A DNA stretch of 64,000 nt from positions 480,001-544,000 of the forward strand of contig CAXXLL010000002.1 of NCBI GenBank assembly GCA_963662545.2, given 5' to 3'. Source of the stretch: Gammaproteobacteria bacterium (GTDB lineage Bacteria > Pseudomonadota > Gammaproteobacteria > Ga0077536). The position numbers and the translations under genes were made by a program. Shown piece after piece: positions 27,832 to 36,810 of the stretch. Each line of letters begins with the position of its first letter. Within the stretch, counting starts at the first letter, position 1. The notes under the pieces are model-generated. The model worked only from the letters and a program-made list of their open reading frames with translations, was not told the DNA's origin and ran no database searches.

Positions 27832-28698
27832 TCACACAGGCTTTTCGCCGAGATGCACCGCTCGACGGGCCGCACCATTCGACGCGTGGGGCGTGCGTAG
27901 CACGCCGTCATTCTGTTTCTCCATTTCTCGTGCTTCATCCGCGAGGCGCGCGGCGGCGCGCATCATTTCGTGGCCCGCGGCGACCAGCGGCACGTAGTTC
28001 CCCGGATCCTGTTCGACAAAGCAGCCCTTGGTTGTCACGGCCGCCACGGATTCGGCAATCTTGAGTGCCGCATACGCCTTGGCTCCCGCGTAGGGATTCG
28101 AGAATTCACCGGCGGCGACGGCTTTCTCGGCGGTGACGATCATGGTCGGCATGTCCGGGGTGTCCCCGGCTTTCAGCGCTTCGATCACGGCGTCGAGTTC
28201 CCTCTGAACGACGCGAAAAGCCCCGGTCGCGGCGAGTAGGCGAATGACGTCACTGTTGAACAAGGCCATCTCGGTGGCGTCGAGAAACTCTCGCCGCGCG
28301 CCGATCATGGGATCGGCGGGAAAGATGAAAAATCCCAGGCCGGGCGGGACGTTCGGCACCTGTTTACCTTGCTCGTTTTTTTTGAAAAACGCTTTTTTTG
28401 ACGGCGCATCGCCGAGCGCAATCGTCGCGACGCCGGTCTCGATCAAAGCCTCGCGGGCCCGCGTCGGGCCCGGCAGGGACGCGTTTGGGCTGACCAGCAG
28501 GACGAGATTGGCCTCGTAAGCCAGACAGTCGGCCGTCGGGCCCTCGCAGGCATCGGGATCGAGCTTCGCGCCGCTGGTAAAGGCCCGCGTTTCGAGATCC
28601 TCGCGGTCCGCACGTTCGTCAACCAAGAGGTCGAGAAGGGGCGCCGCGCCGATGCAGCCCAGTTTAAGGACGGCGAGTTTGAACACGCTGTCAGGCAT
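27832..28698 (-). CDS. mtd: F420-dependent methylene-H4MPT dehydrogenase (archaeal Mtd family)
   Basis: DERADRED, SPNASLPGP, DPMIGARREFLD..EMALFN, NPYA, GCFVEQD, HEMMR, EKQNDGVLRTPH. Confidence 0.9.
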   Translation of the reverse strand: MPDSVFKLAVLKLGCIGAAPLLDLLVDERADREDLETRAFTSGAKLDPDACEGPTADCLAYEANLVLLVSPNASLPGPTRAREALIETGVATIALGDAPSKKAFFKKNEQGKQVPNVPPGLGFFIFPADPMIGARREFLDATEMALFNSDVIRLLAATGAFRVVQRELDAVIEALKAGDTPDMPTMIVTAEKAVAAGEFSNPYAGAKAYAALKIAESVAAVTTKGCFVEQDPGNYVPLVAAGHEMMRAAARLADEAREMEKQNDGVLRTPHASNGAARRAVHLGEKPV

Positions 28699-28716
28699 GG
28701 TGGATTCCTCGTTCTT

Positions 28717-28920
28717 AGAACCTATCTCAAAATTATCCGTAGGTACGTTGCGCCCTGAAAGCGCGATGGCGAGGCGCAGTGCGCAGAGCTGAGTTGCTCT
28801 ATGTACAAGCGCTGTAACGAAGCAAGCGCGTTTTCAGGGCGCAACCCTTTGAGCCGGGGGCGAGACTTTATCACAGTGGGATCCGGCAACGCCGGCGGCA
28901 TCGCGATGCATTAGGTCCAA
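28717..28920. repeat. Degenerate palindromic MITE-like element upstream of mtd
   Basis: AGAACCTATCTC end; perfect 14-bp IR GTTGCGCCCTGAAA (28747-28760, 28832-28845); right end uncertain. Confidence 0.5.
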
Positions 28921-28949
28921 AAAAGAAGACCGGCGTGAGGCCGGTCTTC
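28919..28949 (-). terminator. Rho-independent terminator of HiPIP gene
   Basis: GAAGACCGGC-loop-GCCGGTCTTC plus T-tract on the minus strand. Confidence 0.8.
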
Positions 28950-28970
28950 GATGCTTCGATCAGGCGCGGC

Positions 28971-29288
28971 TCAAGCGGGCTTTTTGACCCACACGATGCA
29001 CCAGCCTTTGGCATTGACGAGATTCCCGGGAAAAATGGTGCACTTGCCCCACTCGTCGCCGCCCTGGTACTGCATGCAGTTCGCACAGGTGCTGCCCGCA
29101 ATGAAGTTTGCGTGCTTACTGGTGTCAACCTCTGATGCGTCAGCGATGTATCCCAGTGCAGAGGCCTGCGGTCCGGCCGGATCCAATTGCGGCAAATCCT
29201 CGGCCCAGGAGACCGGAACGGCGAGTGCCGTTGCCGCAAGGCCGGCGCAAAGATGGCCAAACTCGCGACGATCCAACGATTTTCCCAT
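28971..29288 (-). CDS. High-potential iron-sulfur protein (HiPIP)
   Basis: Tat motif DRREF; ALGY, CANC, CTIFPG, GWC. Confidence 0.93.
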   Translation of the reverse strand: MGKSLDRREFGHLCAGLAATALAVPVSWAEDLPQLDPAGPQASALGYIADASEVDTSKHANFIAGSTCANCMQYQGGDEWGKCTIFPGNLVNAKGWCIVWVKKPA

Positions 29289-29524
29289 GTGTATTACCTC
29301 TGGCTCTCTAAATCGGTAAGTGTATTGTTGATCAACTCGGGTTCGTGCGTACACCCAGCCCGCTGCATTCAACCGAGGGCTCGCGCGCTGGATGCTACAG
29401 TGCGGAAGATTAACGTCGCCTGAATGATACAGGCGGCATTAGAATTGCGCTCGCTGGAGCGTGCCGCGTTTCAGCCACGTTGTCGGAGCCCGCTGGCGGG
29501 TAATACGAGCCCTGGCACGGCGAT

Positions 29525-30151
29525 TCAGATGTCGATATCAGCGTATTCTGTGACGATCGATTTCTCGGCAATGATCTGCCGCCATTCATCCATGAGTTGC
29601 TTGAGTTCCTTGACGCGCTCGCGTCCCCGGAGCTTGCCGTCGATGCCTTTGCCGGCTGCCCGCGCCGCCTGAATCGTGCGTGGATCGAAGTCCACCGTCC
29701 ACCCCCCATAAGACCCGGTCCACGACCAGGCAGTACAGGAGAAATCGTCCCACGCGGCCGTTTCTTTCCAGGTCGCGCGTTTGGGGATGGTGAGCCCGTC
29801 AGTCGGCACATGCGAGGCGCTGAAGCGAAATCCTTCCTTCGAACACTTGAGGTGCTCGATAGAAATGATGGTGATGGTCTGCATATCGAAATAAAGGGCT
29901 TCGGAGGACCACAGGTATTTCCAGGCGAGGTCGAACAGCTCGCGTGCCTCGACGCGCGCCCAGCCGCCGCGCTTGGATGGGCGCAGCGCCTTGAGCCCGT
30001 TCGCCTGAATGGTCGCCCGCATCTTGGCGCTTTCGCTGAAACTGCCGAACAAGGCCCATTTGAGTTGGCGGATCTCGCCTTGCAATACGGAGACCTTGGT
30101 CTCCAGAACCTTGTCCTTTTTCCAGACGAAGCGAGGCAGACGCTTTTTCAT
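29525..30151 (-). CDS. Hypothetical protein
   Basis: 208-aa Trp-rich ORF, family not recognised. Confidence 0.55.
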   Translation of the reverse strand: MKKRLPRFVWKKDKVLETKVSVLQGEIRQLKWALFGSFSESAKMRATIQANGLKALRPSKRGGWARVEARELFDLAWKYLWSSEALYFDMQTITIISIEHLKCSKEGFRFSASHVPTDGLTIPKRATWKETAAWDDFSCTAWSWTGSYGGWTVDFDPRTIQAARAAGKGIDGKLRGRERVKELKQLMDEWRQIIAEKSIVTEYADIDI

Positions 30152-30389
30152 TTCATTGCGGGGATGACGAGGATCGGAAAGATAAACCGATTTTCCAACG
30201 CCGCAATAGATTTATTCGATGCCACACAGGTTCCTAGTCTACCGCAGGACTGATTCTAAGCTCGATGATACGATCGAAGAGATGGTTTTCCGTCGTGATC
30301 CGAAAATCCCGTCCGGTAAAATCAGCGCCTCGCTACGATTCCCTAAGTCCGATAAGCTGCTCGCGTGAAGGAACAACCCGTGGTACTCG

Positions 30390-30646
30390 GCATCGCGCCA
30401 CGCGAGGTCACGGAGCTTTACGCGGTCTGCGCGCGAATGGATTTTGCGGCCGGGAGGAAGCTGCACTACGAGTTGTTCGAGCTGAACCGTCCGGTGTTTT
30501 ACGACACCATTCCGATACCGAGCAAATATATGATGAAGCGCCTGGGACTTTTGCACGAAAACGAGTACCGGCCTCGGATGCATCCGGCGACAGCGGAGCT
30601 TGCCGAGCGCCGCGACGCGGTTCTCGAAGAAGCCGGCCGGATTTGA
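30390..30646 (+). pseudogene. C-terminal remnant of a DapA-family aldolase
   Basis: AP..V.ELY..GRKLHYELFELN..FYDT(I)PIP.KYMMKRLGL..EYR(P)RM; N-terminal two-thirds absent. Confidence 0.7.
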
Positions 30647-30670
30647 ACGATTTGACGGAGACAGAATCGT

Positions 30671-30889
30671 ATGAACACCACCTTGCTCAGGACTTTCCAG
30701 GCCGGGGCCGCGTTGTTGGTATGCACCATTGCGGCGATGGCGATTCTCGTCCTGCTTGGCATTCTCGATTCTGATCAGGCATTGAACATCGGCATCAACA
30801 TCTCCGCCGTCATCGGAATCTGTCTCGTCGCCGGTCTGGGCTTAACCGCGCTGTTCGGCTTGGGCTCGGGCAAATCCGAAGATCGGTGA
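30671..30889 (+). CDS. Small 2-TM membrane protein
   Basis: GGAG RBS; overlaps the arsS start. Confidence 0.65.
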   Translation: MNTTLLRTFQAGAALLVCTIAAMAILVLLGILDSDQALNIGINISAVIGICLVAGLGLTALFGLGSGKSEDR

Positions 30890-31875
30890 CGATGAGTACG
30901 ATATTGGAACGCAAGGTGGCGTGGCCGGCATTTCCGGCGATCAATCGCCGGGAACTCGAAACGGTTCAGGCAAATCTCGGTTACCGCTGTAATCAGGCAT
31001 GCAGTCATTGTCACGTCGACGCCGGACCCCAGCGAACCGAGATGATGGAACGGGATACCGTCGATCTCGTACTGCGGTTCCTCGCGTCCCAACGGGCGGT
31101 AACGCTGGACATCACCGGTGGCGCGCCCGAACTGAATCCGCATTTCCGCCATCTCGTGGCGCAAGCGAGTGCGACCGGCGCGCACGTCATTGATCGCTGC
31201 AATCTGACGGTCCTCGAGGAACCCGGCCAGGAGGATCTCGCTGCCTTTCTTGCAGCGCAGCGTGTTCACATCATCGCTTCCTTACCATGCTACACGCTCG
31301 AAAACGTCGATCGACAGCGCGGTAAGGGCGTGTTCGCGGGTAGTCTTCGCGGCATCGAGCGGCTCAATCGGGAAGGCTTTGGATGCGACGGTTCCGGGTT
31401 GATCCTGGACTTTGTCTACAATCCGGTGGGTCCTCGCCTGCCACCCGATCCCCAATCGTTAGAAGCCGAATACAAACGCGAACTCGGCCGCCTCGGCGTG
31501 AGTTTCAACAAACTTTTGACCCTCACCAACATGCCGATCAACCGGTTTCGGCACGAATTGATACGTACCGGTCAGCTCGACTCTTACATGGGTGTCTTGA
31601 TCGAAGCTTACGCGAAGCGGAATCTCGAACATGTGATGTGCCGCCGGCTTCTGAGCATCGACTGGCGTGGATTCGTTTACGATTGCGATTTCAACCAAAT
31701 GCTCGAGCTGCCGGCGGGCGGACACGATCGCATCCATTTGAGCGACCTCATGGATGCGTCGCTGACCGGGCGGGACATTGCAGTCGCATCCCATTGCTTC
31801 GGCTGCACGGCGGGCCGCGGAAGCAGTTGTTCGGGCGCGCTTACGGAACCTCTGAATAAGTCAAGATGCGTCTGA
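30886..31875 (+). CDS. arsS: ArsS-family radical SAM protein (TIGR04167, Cys form)
   Basis: CNQACSHCH, DITGGAPE, ASLPCY, YDCDFNQML, HCFGCTAG.GSSC. Confidence 0.9.
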   Translation: MTMSTILERKVAWPAFPAINRRELETVQANLGYRCNQACSHCHVDAGPQRTEMMERDTVDLVLRFLASQRAVTLDITGGAPELNPHFRHLVAQASATGAHVIDRCNLTVLEEPGQEDLAAFLAAQRVHIIASLPCYTLENVDRQRGKGVFAGSLRGIERLNREGFGCDGSGLILDFVYNPVGPRLPPDPQSLEAEYKRELGRLGVSFNKLLTLTNMPINRFRHELIRTGQLDSYMGVLIEAYAKRNLEHVMCRRLLSIDWRGFVYDCDFNQMLELPAGGHDRIHLSDLMDASLTGRDIAVASHCFGCTAGRGSSCSGALTEPLNKSRCV

Positions 31876-32006
31876 ATTGTTCCTGCAATGGTGCAGATCA
31901 AGGCACGAATCGCAGGCGATAGCGGGGACTATGGCTAAGGTTCGTAACGTAAGGCTCTGCGATTTCATGAGCAAGGCAGATGTGCCATGACTTATTCAGA
32001 GGTTTC
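31845..32006. mobile_element. MITE copy 2 (inverted relative to copies 1 and 3)
   Basis: Same TIRs; interior matches the reverse complement of copy 1; flanks TTAC/TAAA are not a clean TSD. Confidence 0.85.
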
Positions 32007-32010
32007 TAAA

Positions 32011-32691
32011 GTGAGCGAAGTTTCGATCGTCGTTCCGGTGTTGAACGAAGCGGTGTTTATCGCGCCATTTCTGCAGCAGCTTGCGCCGTGGCGCGAGAAG
32101 GGCGACGAAATCATCGTCGTCGATGGCGGCAGTACCGATGACACGGTCGAGATCGCAGCACCCCATTGCGATCAATTGATATCTGCCCCGCGCGGACGAG
32201 CGCTGCAGTTGAATGCGGGTGCACGCATTGCGCGCGGTGCCATCCTATGGTTTCTGCACGCCGATACAACGCTTGCCAACGGCGTTCGCGATGCCTTGCT
32301 GGAAGCCTGCCGACATGCGCGGACCTGGGGCCGTTTCGACCTGCGCATCGATGACGATGGCACTGTATTCCGCGTGATTGAGTCATCGATGAATCTGCGT
32401 TCGCGGCTGACCGGGATCGCGACCGGCGATCAAGGCATTTTCGTACGCCGCGAATTGTTCAACGTCGTGGGCGGCTTTCGACCGATCGCGTTGATGGAGG
32501 ACGTCGATTTGAGCAAAGCCTTGCGTCGCAAGGCGTGGCCGCGTTGTCTTGGTCGCATGCTTGCGACCTCGCCGCGCCGTTGGCGCGCGAACGGCGTGTT
32601 GAAAACGGTGCTGACGATGTGGGGCTTACGGGTGGCGTGGAACGTCGGCGTATCCGCGGACCGACTCGCGCGGATCTACGGTTACCGCTGA
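32011..32691 (+). CDS. TIGR04283 family GT2 glycosyltransferase
   Basis: SIVVPVLNE, VDGGSTD, FLHAD, TGDQG, LMED, TSPRRW; GTG start after the MITE. Confidence 0.9.
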   Translation: MSEVSIVVPVLNEAVFIAPFLQQLAPWREKGDEIIVVDGGSTDDTVEIAAPHCDQLISAPRGRALQLNAGARIARGAILWFLHADTTLANGVRDALLEACRHARTWGRFDLRIDDDGTVFRVIESSMNLRSRLTGIATGDQGIFVRRELFNVVGGFRPIALMEDVDLSKALRRKAWPRCLGRMLATSPRRWRANGVLKTVLTMWGLRVAWNVGVSADRLARIYGYR

Positions 32692-32705
32692 CGGTCGGCG
32701 GCCGG

Positions 32706-33404
32706 ATGTCGTCGAATGACACCATCGCCGAAGAGGTCGCCATCATCGTGTTTGCGCGCCGGCCATCTACCGGTCGGGTCAAGACCCGGCTCGCGCGCTC
32801 GATCGGAAAGCGCCGCGCCGCCGCCGTCTATGCCGGACTTCTCGGCCGTACTATCGAGATGGTCGAGGATGCGGCATTCCAACGGCGTTGGCTGATGACG
32901 GCAAGCGCGGATGAGGCGCACTATTTCCGCTCGCGTTTCGCGCATCGCGGGTGGCGGGTTCGGACACAGTGCCGTGGTCATCTCGGACGCCGTATGGAAC
33001 GGGCGCTGAAATCAGTGCTGTGCGAAGGGGGTGCGGCCATGCTCATTGGGTCCGACATCGCCGACTTCATCGCTGAGGATCTCGTCGAGGCGCGGTACGC
33101 GCTCGCCGCAGGGGCCGATGCGGTTATTGGCCCCGTGCGGGACGGCGGTTACTGGCTCATTGGCGCATCGCGCGTCATCCACGATGCGTTTTGTCACATT
33201 CCCTGGAGTACGGCGCGTGTATTCGAGCGAACTATCGACCGCTTCAAGCGCCATCGTCTCGAGTGGGTCACGCTCGCTGAGCGGCACGACGTCGATACGC
33301 CCGGCGATCTCCGTTACCTCCTGCCGGGATGCCGCGGTGCTACCACGTTTCAACGCAGCCGATTGTGTTCCCGTTCGAGCCGAGCCACCCAGCGCTCGAT
33401 CTGA
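32706..33404 (+). CDS. TIGR04282/DUF2064 family transferase
   Basis: FARRP..GRVKTRL, LGRRM, IGSD, GP..DGGYWLIG, DVDTPGDL. Confidence 0.9.
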   Translation: MSSNDTIAEEVAIIVFARRPSTGRVKTRLARSIGKRRAAAVYAGLLGRTIEMVEDAAFQRRWLMTASADEAHYFRSRFAHRGWRVRTQCRGHLGRRMERALKSVLCEGGAAMLIGSDIADFIAEDLVEARYALAAGADAVIGPVRDGGYWLIGASRVIHDAFCHIPWSTARVFERTIDRFKRHRLEWVTLAERHDVDTPGDLRYLLPGCRGATTFQRSRLCSRSSRATQRSI

Positions 33405-34102
33405 CGTTCGCTACGCGGATCGAGATCCAGGAAACGTACGCCGACCCTCGGCGCCGCGCGCCGGCGGCTGGGGAAAATGTGGCAGATTTCGATCGCGGCT
33501 TTAACGATGCCGTTGCCGGGAAGTTCGATTTCGCACGTCGCATTGCGCGCATCGTCCGGTTGAAAGACGTTGACCTCGCCGATCAGAAGGCGTGCGGAGA
33601 AACCGCTTGGACAGAGGTCGCGGACTTCGCCGCGGATGGCGGCGCCGTCGCCGCCGTGAATCCGAACCACGACGCACCTGTCCAGGGGCACCGTCACCCG
33701 GTGTTCGCTACGCCGCTGCGGATAATCAATGACGACGGGATAGGGGACTTTATAAAAGGGCAGGCTGTCGACGATGCCTCGCTGGACGATTACGCTGGCG
33801 AACTTGAGATCCATCCGGTTCAAGCGGGTGCGCACCCGAATCCCCGGCAGCGCGGCCGCCTGTTCATCACCATCGTGGGGCGTCAACGCATCCAGCACCA
33901 TGTAGCCGGCTGCGGGCATGAGTTCGACGATGGCCGTCTGGTAGGCTTCCGCGCCACGCTTGAACCGCAGCTCCAACAGGCAATGCCGTTCAAACACCTT
34001 CTTGAGCAGGATGTGGCGGGCGTCGGCGTGACCGATAACGGGTGCTTCGTCAACGGTTACCGCGCCGTCGATCACCTCGAGGTCGCTCAGGCGGTGCAAC
34101 AT
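33350..34102 (-). CDS. ycgR: Flagellar brake protein, PilZ domain (YcgR-like)
   Basis: QRRSEHRV (RxxxR) and DLCPSG; downstream of flgN. Confidence 0.8.
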   Translation of the reverse strand: MLHRLSDLEVIDGAVTVDEAPVIGHADARHILLKKVFERHCLLELRFKRGAEAYQTAIVELMPAAGYMVLDALTPHDGDEQAAALPGIRVRTRLNRMDLKFASVIVQRGIVDSLPFYKVPYPVVIDYPQRRSEHRVTVPLDRCVVVRIHGGDGAAIRGEVRDLCPSGFSARLLIGEVNVFQPDDARNATCEIELPGNGIVKAAIEICHIFPSRRRAAPRVGVRFLDLDPRSERQIERWVARLEREHNRLR

Positions 34103-34142
34103 GTGAAGGAGATCGCGGCGGGGTTGGGCTAAGGCGGGAGTT

Positions 34143-34568
34143 TCAGGCCTGACCGACGCTGCGTACGGCTTCTACCTGGTCGAGGCGGCCACCGGCGTCA
34201 TAAGTGCGTTGCTCTCGCGACACGCCGTAGAGGGTGTCAAGCAGGTTTGAGACCAGGCGTCGGTTCAATGCGATGGCACCACCGTTCGCGCGATTTGCCA
34301 TCTGGCAGTCGCGGGCAAGTGCTTGCAGTTCGGGCCAATCGCCAGCGATATCCGCGCCTTCTTCCGCGTCACGCGAGCGACGAATTGAATGCGCTGCGGA
34401 TTCGAGCGCTGCGACAATTGTCGATTTGTGCGCGGCTGTCGCTTCGAGGCGCTCGACGTCACGCGTGCGCAACGCGTCGAACTCTTCGGACAGTACGCCG
34501 GACATCTCCGCCATAAGGGCCTCGACGGTTTCCTTCGAAGGCGCAAGCCCGTTCGATTTCGGCGTCAC
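34143..34568 (-). CDS. flgN: Flagellar chaperone FlgN
   Basis: CQMANRANG, TYDAGG; synteny. Confidence 0.85.
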   Translation of the reverse strand: MTPKSNGLAPSKETVEALMAEMSGVLSEEFDALRTRDVERLEATAAHKSTIVAALESAAHSIRRSRDAEEGADIAGDWPELQALARDCQMANRANGGAIALNRRLVSNLLDTLYGVSREQRTYDAGGRLDQVEAVRSVGQA

Positions 34569-34882
34569 GGCTCGCGGCCCTTGGCGCTTATCAGCGCTTC
34601 GAAGGCGGTGAGTTTGTCGGCGATCACCCGTTCATCGATACCATAGCTGCCGCTTTCGATGGATTTTCTGAGTTCGGCCACCTTGGCCTGGTCGACGATG
34701 GGCAGCTTGTCGAGCGAATCGGTAAGGCGCTTCAGGCGGGCGGAGAGGTCGGTCAAGCTGACGACCTCCGATGTTTGCGCGGCTCCGCCTTGCGGTAATT
34801 CGTCGGCTCTACCGACGTTGCGTAAAGTCGGTTTGGGCGGTGTGATCGAATGTGATCCCGGACCTTTTACCTCTGTAACCAT
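34565..34882 (-). CDS. flgM: Anti-sigma28 factor FlgM
   Basis: VSLT..DQAKVAELRKSIESGSY.ID..IADKL. Confidence 0.92.
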   Translation of the reverse strand: MVTEVKGPGSHSITPPKPTLRNVGRADELPQGGAAQTSEVVSLTDLSARLKRLTDSLDKLPIVDQAKVAELRKSIESGSYGIDERVIADKLTAFEALISAKGREP

Positions 34883-34913
34883 GTGTATCGTATCCTGATT
34901 TTTCCTGGTACGT

Positions 34914-34940
34914 TTAGCGGATTGGTCTTCATAAACTTTA
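34914..34940 (-). promoter_or_regulatory. sigma28 promoter of flgM
   Basis: TAAA-N15-TCCGCTAA. Confidence 0.65.
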
Positions 34941-34969
34941 GTCTAGCGTATTAATTCGTGACCCGTGTC

Positions 34970-35707
34970 TCAGTTTCCGGCCCGCGCGGTTTGCTGCGGG
35001 GCGAATTGTATGGCGCCACCGGTATTGACGACGACCATGCCACGCGCCGAAACGACGCCCTCGACGATCCGATCGGAATTAAGGTTTCTGACCGATATCC
35101 AGTCGCCCTCGGCACCGTCTTCCAATGCTTTGCCGCTCATCCGGACGCTGATTGCCCGGTTGCCGCTGGACAGTACGACGCGCTGTCCCCGCCGGACGAG
35201 CTGCGGCCGCTCGAGGAGGTGAGATTGCAGCGCCTGGCCTGCGGGAATGATGCGCAGCGCGATCTGCCCCGTTACCCGATCGGGTTCGGTGAGATAGTCC
35301 TGGTGTGCTGCCGACAGTTTGCGGCGTTCGAGCTTCAGATCGGATGCGTCGATCACCACACCTCTCGCAATGGGCCGTGTAGCGACGACAATCTCAGCAT
35401 AGCGTGCGAGGTTAACAGAGACGTAAAGCGACCAAGGTTTCGTGCCCTCGCACCGCACCTCCACGGAGTTCGCGCCTGAATTGCGCCGATCGTGGGTGAA
35501 GCGCGCGCCGAGAGGCTGCTCGCACGCGGGCAGCCGCAGTCTGGGGTCGAGTCGGCCGACGGCGATTTCAACGTCTTCGTCCATTGGCATCGTCGCCGCG
35601 ACGTATTCTCTGACGGTCTTGTCGATCGCTTGGAGGGACTGCACAGCTGCTAGCGCGTCGCCGGCCAGGATCGCGATGAAGATGAACAGCGCAATACGGG
35701 GGGTTAT
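34970..35707 (-). CDS. flgA: P-ring chaperone FlgA (inferred ATA start)
   Basis: LDPRLRLPAC, PWSLYV, GKALEDG, VRNLNS; signal peptide extends upstream of the track start. Confidence 0.88.
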   Translation of the reverse strand: MTPRIALFIFIAILAGDALAAVQSLQAIDKTVREYVAATMPMDEDVEIAVGRLDPRLRLPACEQPLGARFTHDRRNSGANSVEVRCEGTKPWSLYVSVNLARYAEIVVATRPIARGVVIDASDLKLERRKLSAAHQDYLTEPDRVTGQIALRIIPAGQALQSHLLERPQLVRRGQRVVLSSGNRAISVRMSGKALEDGAEGDWISVRNLNSDRIVEGVVSARGMVVVNTGGAIQFAPQQTARAGN

Positions 35708-35745
35708 AGTGGGTGCTCCGCAACGTGAATGACGCCGTAGTCATA

Positions 35746-35761
35746 TGCAAGCAGCATGCCG
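35746..35761 (-). promoter_or_regulatory. sigma54 promoter of flgA
   Basis: CGGCATGCTGCTTGCA (GG-N10-GC). Confidence 0.7.
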
Positions 35762-35928
35762 AGTCCAAAGCGCTGGCTGGCCTCTGGATTCGTGCGAATC
35801 GTAGCGGGCGCAATCATGCCGCTCCCACGACAGGATTGCCGCTTTTACCGGCAGCGCCTTGCCGCATGGAACGGTGCGGCCACTCATTTTTTCGTGCAAA
35901 GCCCTAAATATCAGCTCCTCGACGCGGT

Positions 35929-35944
35929 TGGCACAACTTTCGCA
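35929..35944 (+). promoter_or_regulatory. sigma54 promoter of flgB
   Basis: TGGCACAACTTTCGCA. Confidence 0.7.
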
Positions 35945-35981
35945 GGCAAGCGGGTGAATTTATCGATTGGAGATCCGACGT

Positions 35982-36371
35982 ATGCCGTCTTTCGCCGATG
36001 CCATGGGTATTCATCTGCAAGCTGTCACCCTGCGCGCACAGCGCGCCGAAATCCTGGCGACCAATCTCGCCAACGCGGATACGCCGGGTTATCAGGCGCG
36101 TGATATCGATTTCCGTCAGATCTTGAACCGCTACGCCGATCCGACAGGTCTACGCGTGAGTCACCCGCGTCATCTCGATGGCGTGACCGATGGTGATGGC
36201 CGTTACGCACTGCGTTATCGGCAGCCGTCCCAGGCCTCACTCGATCAAAACACTGTTGACGTGCAGGCGGAACGCGCCGCCTTCCTCGACAACTCGCTCA
36301 GGTACCAGGCCAGTATCACCTTTCTCAACGGTCGACTCACGGGTCTCGTGTCGGCACTGCGCGGAGAATAA
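35982..36371 (+). CDS. flgB: Basal-body rod FlgB
   Basis: NLANADTPGYQARD, DQNTVD. Confidence 0.95.
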   Translation: MPSFADAMGIHLQAVTLRAQRAEILATNLANADTPGYQARDIDFRQILNRYADPTGLRVSHPRHLDGVTDGDGRYALRYRQPSQASLDQNTVDVQAERAAFLDNSLRYQASITFLNGRLTGLVSALRGE

Positions 36372-36374
36372 TCC

Positions 36375-36794
36375 ATGTCTCTATTTCGCGTATTCGACAT
36401 CGCCGCGACGGCGCTGAACGCACAGTCCGTGCGTATGAACACGACCGCGAGCAACATGGCGAATGCCAACAGCGCGAGCAGCAGCAGCGGCGCGACCTAT
36501 CGCGCCCGCAATCCGATCTTCACGCCGCTGCTCATCGACGAGTTCGGCATGCAGGGGACGACAGTCGGTGGCGTCAAAATCGACGGCATCGTCGAGAGTG
36601 AAGCACCGCTCAAGCGCGAATACCACCCGCAACATCCGATGGCCGATCAGGAAGGATATGTTTTCCTGCCCAACGTCAATGTCATCGAGGAAATGGCCAA
36701 TATGATTTCGGCCTCGCGCAGTTACCAGACCAATATCGAAGTCATCGAAGCATCCAAACGCATGCTTCAGCAGACCCTGGCGCTCGGCCAGTAA
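36375..36794 (+). CDS. flgC: Basal-body rod FlgC
   Basis: SNMANA, HPMAD..GYV.LPNVN. Confidence 0.95.
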   Translation: MSLFRVFDIAATALNAQSVRMNTTASNMANANSASSSSGATYRARNPIFTPLLIDEFGMQGTTVGGVKIDGIVESEAPLKREYHPQHPMADQEGYVFLPNVNVIEEMANMISASRSYQTNIEVIEASKRMLQQTLALGQ

Positions 36795-36810
36795 CAGGGG
36801 GATAGACGCA

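Noticed and set aside
20865-29288. Porin plus HiPIP as an iron-oxidation conduit
   Set aside because: They are 7 kb apart on opposite strands, and there is no multiheme cytochrome in the window
31820-31840. Selenocysteine in ArsS
   Set aside because: The codon at GSSC is TGT (Cys); no in-frame TGA
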